From Albugo candida (taxonomy: Eukaryota): a DNA stretch of 64,000 nucleotides. Positions 61,175 to 64,000 of the stretch are shown here, one piece after another. Every line of letters starts with the position of its first letter. The stretch's first letter is position 1. Both the position numbers and the translations under genes were made by a program. The notes beneath the pieces are model-generated. The model was not told where the DNA came from and ran no database searches. It worked only from the letters and a program-made list of their open reading frames with translations. The stretch is taken from assembly GCA_040437565.1 (NCBI GenBank), contig JBDOQK010000009.1, positions 496,001-560,000 of the forward strand. The letters are read 5' to 3'.

Positions 61175-62425
61175 CTATGTTTCTGTCTCCACAACTGTTT
61201 CTTTGTCATTTTGCATCGAAAGAGTTTGCAAAGAAGTGCCGAGTTCTATTTCGTGTGAGAGTTAGTGGCGAAATAACAGTTGGTATACGTACTCGAAAGC
61301 GTTGAGACTGTTTTCGCGGCCATGATGCCTGCGCGAAATCGTCGACGAGCATTATATCGTCGCATTTCCGACGGAAAATGAGGCAGTACTTCGTCACTGA
61401 CGTGAGACACATCCTGCAGAGAAATTGTGTCAATACGCAAATGAGAATATAAACACACATTCGGACCGAAATCCACGCGTGATCCAATACTTGTTGTGCA
61501 GTGTATCGCTTCTTTGCATCGACGACAAGGAGCTTGTTGATGAGATCTTTTGCAGACACTGAGATAGAGTCCCAATACGGCGAAGGAAAGTCGAAATGAC
61601 CCGATTTGATCGATGTGAATAGCGCGGCGTTGTTTTCGTCGTAGAAAGGAGGGAACCCACACAGTCTGCGCATCAAACAATCAGCGAACTTGCTTGTTAT
61701 TGTCAGTACGAAGACCTACAGAATGTATGCGATGACACCAAGACTCCATACATCGACTTCGCAGCCGTACGGTTTGCCTTCCAGAATCTCGGGAGCGACG
61801 TACCCTGGCGTCCCACAAGCTGTCTGCATCAGTGAATCGGTTTTGATCAGCTTTGCCAGCCCGAAATCTGCGATTTTGATCTCAGCGTCTTCGTCGGAGG
61901 ATTGATACAACAAGTTCTCAGGCTTGAGGTCGCGATGGGCGATGCCGCTTTGATGACAATACAAAAGCGCTGCTGCCAATTTATGAACCACAGCACTCGC
62001 TTCTTTCTCAGTGTACTTTTCCTTCTCCACAATCCGATCGAATAATTCACCTCCGCTCATTTCTTCCATCACTACATAGAAAGTCTTTTGACAGTCGAAA
62101 ACTTGGCGAAGTCGAACGATATTTGGATGCTGTAAGAGCTCGAGGACTTGGACTTCCACACGAAGAGCGTCTTCATCCTCAGCAGTCAAAGACGATTTGT
62201 TGATGCATTTCACAGCCCAAACGGTGTTGTCCGCTTTTTGTATGGCGCTTCGTACAGTGGCAAAGCTTCCTCTGGGTACCACATGGAAAAATGGAAATGT
62301 GTGAGGATGAGAAGTAATGAGATTAGGAGGTACACGTACGTGCCCAGTGTTCGACCGAGCTTGTAATACTTGGTGCATTCGTCTTTGCGGTAGAAATCAG
62401 TCACTCGGCGGATCAAAGTCGTCAT
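61175..62425 (-). CDS. Calcium/calmodulin-dependent protein kinase (CaMK I-like), multi-exon
   Basis: LGT/GSFATV, AVKCI, HRDLKPEN, DFGLAK, TACGTPGYVAPE, LCGFPPFY, regulatory RRYNARRRFRAGI; GT-AG introns. Confidence 0.93.
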
Positions 62426-62501
62426 AAGGCCCAGAGGTCTTGCCAACTATAAATGGATGGGTTGCTCAAGGGACACGATGTAAAAGGACGTTTTCTATTT
62501 A

Positions 62502-63821
62502 TTAATACGGACGACACGCTTGTCGAGCCGTTCGGATGCGCGATTGGGATGGGAGCTTTCCAGTAGGCGAAAGATCGGCACATTCCATAGGCTTTAGGAG
62601 AGGGACCCAAGCACTTAATCGAGCGTCTTCGCCGCCAGTGTATAAGACCTGACGCTCTGGTGAGTACGTTAGACAGCGGATGCATTCGGTGTGGCCTCCA
62701 ATGAGTCGAGATACGGGCTCGAGCGTAATTCCGTGCAGCGTCGAGCGCAGTTGGATGGCATTGAGATTTCCAGTATGATCGCCGGTGAAAAGTGTCATTA
62801 GTGCGTCTGGAGATGCTGATAACTCGTTGGAAGCGATACCGTCGATCAGGTAATCGGTGGGAATTCCCTGTGTGGTGAGATTGTCTCGAATAGAGTCGAA
62901 ATGCTGTAATCGTTGCGCATGATCGATATTCCATAAGTCCAGGGTCTCGGAACCTGTGAGACAGAATATATTCTCATATTTTGTACCGAAGAAACCAAAC
63001 GTGGTCACAGCGCTTTCCACATTTATAATCGATTCCAGCGCGTCTTCTTCGGCGGATTGACGAGTATCATAGTAACATACTGTTCCATCTTCCGAAGCGG
63101 ACACTATAAAGTTTTGTTTTTGTGGGTGGAAGCGGACTTTAGTGATGCTTTCCGAATGGCTTTCACCATAAGAGGCAACCTTTATCACATAATACATTAC
63201 GTTACTTTATATCGTATTGATTCATAAAAATGTACCTGATGTCCCGTTCGGAGGTCAAAAAACCGCGCTTCGTCATCGGTCCCAGCCAACAGCATTGTGT
63301 TTTGTGCGTTCAAGGATACGCTCCATACGCAGCTCTGACAATGAATGCTCAATACAGGCTTTGTACACGCCTTCCTAATGTCCCAAATGTGCGTGTATTC
63401 ATCGCTGGAGCATGTTGCAAGCGTGGAATCGGAGCAAGGAGCGATCTCATTGATTCTCTCGGAATGCGCTTGAAACTGTGTATATCAATACGTGGAGGTT
63501 ATTAAATACTACAGAACATCACCGCGACGATGCTTTACATGAAAATGATGACCTAACGACTCTTTATCCCGGATTTGTATCTGATGATTGGATATGGCAA
63601 TGGCGATCGAGTTACACGCTCCATCCAACTCCTTGCTATAGCGAAAAGGGTGTGGTTGCTGCTACAAAGACTGGATGTAGAGGCTCGTACCAGGCTACTA
63701 CATATTCTGAGTCGCTTACTCCATTCTCACAGACCTTTGGAAATGGAAGGCTTTTCCCTTCGTCTGTTGCTATTGAATGACGCAAATTCCAGTGCTCTGA
63801 AACTGATGGCGCCGAGTGCAT
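62502..63821 (-). CDS. WDR89: WD40-repeat protein, WDR89-like, multi-exon
   Basis: AHSERINEI...CSSDEYTHIWD, RFFDLRTG, YGESHSESITKVRFHP...SASEDG, GHTECIRC...TGGEDARLSAW; start inferred at 63821. Confidence 0.8.
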
Positions 63822-64000
63822 CCTGGATTCAGTCGATGTACATAAGTCTAGGATTTATTCATTGTTAGGGTTATAAGAATGGACTTTTCGATCAAATCTT
63901 TGTCTAAGAGCTCAAATATCGATTCTATGTCGAACATGACGGCCAGCATCAAAAGAGATGGTGATAGCAACAATGCATCGAGATATATCCTCAAAGTCCT

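Noticed and set aside
56630-61265. Numerous short ORFs overlapping the CPS gene, and similar ones over CCDC6, DnaJ, CaMK and Mic60
   Set aside because: Alternative-frame or antisense shadows of long real coding sequences.

Overview
Eukaryotic, AT-rich, short-intron genomic scaffold. Gene content, Inr/FPR-type core promoters and transposon types point to an oomycete, possibly Albugo-like; this is inference only. It has eleven 100-N gaps, several with duplicated flanks. Two gene-dense islands (~13.1-20.0 kb: atypical PRPP synthetase, Mic60, RPAP2; ~52.6-63.8 kb: CCDC6-like, DnaJ, SVIP-like, a small secreted peptide, fused carbamoyl-phosphate synthase, CaMK, WDR89-like) alternate with transposon graveyards (Copia, chromodomain Gypsy, LINE, MULE, pogo, IS630/Tc1-type). 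The most unusual element is a 1.27-kb GC-rich foreign insert (39570-40839) that cleanly splits a transposase and encodes, on the minus strand, a decayed viral-type mRNA capping enzyme (tunnel-type RNA triphosphatase fused to a KxDG guanylyltransferase). Also notable: a highly structured tRNA-derived SINE family with both a filled and an empty site, a tandem segmental duplication carrying a secreted pepsin-fold protein lacking catalytic aspartates, and a candidate secreted amphipathic peptide precursor.
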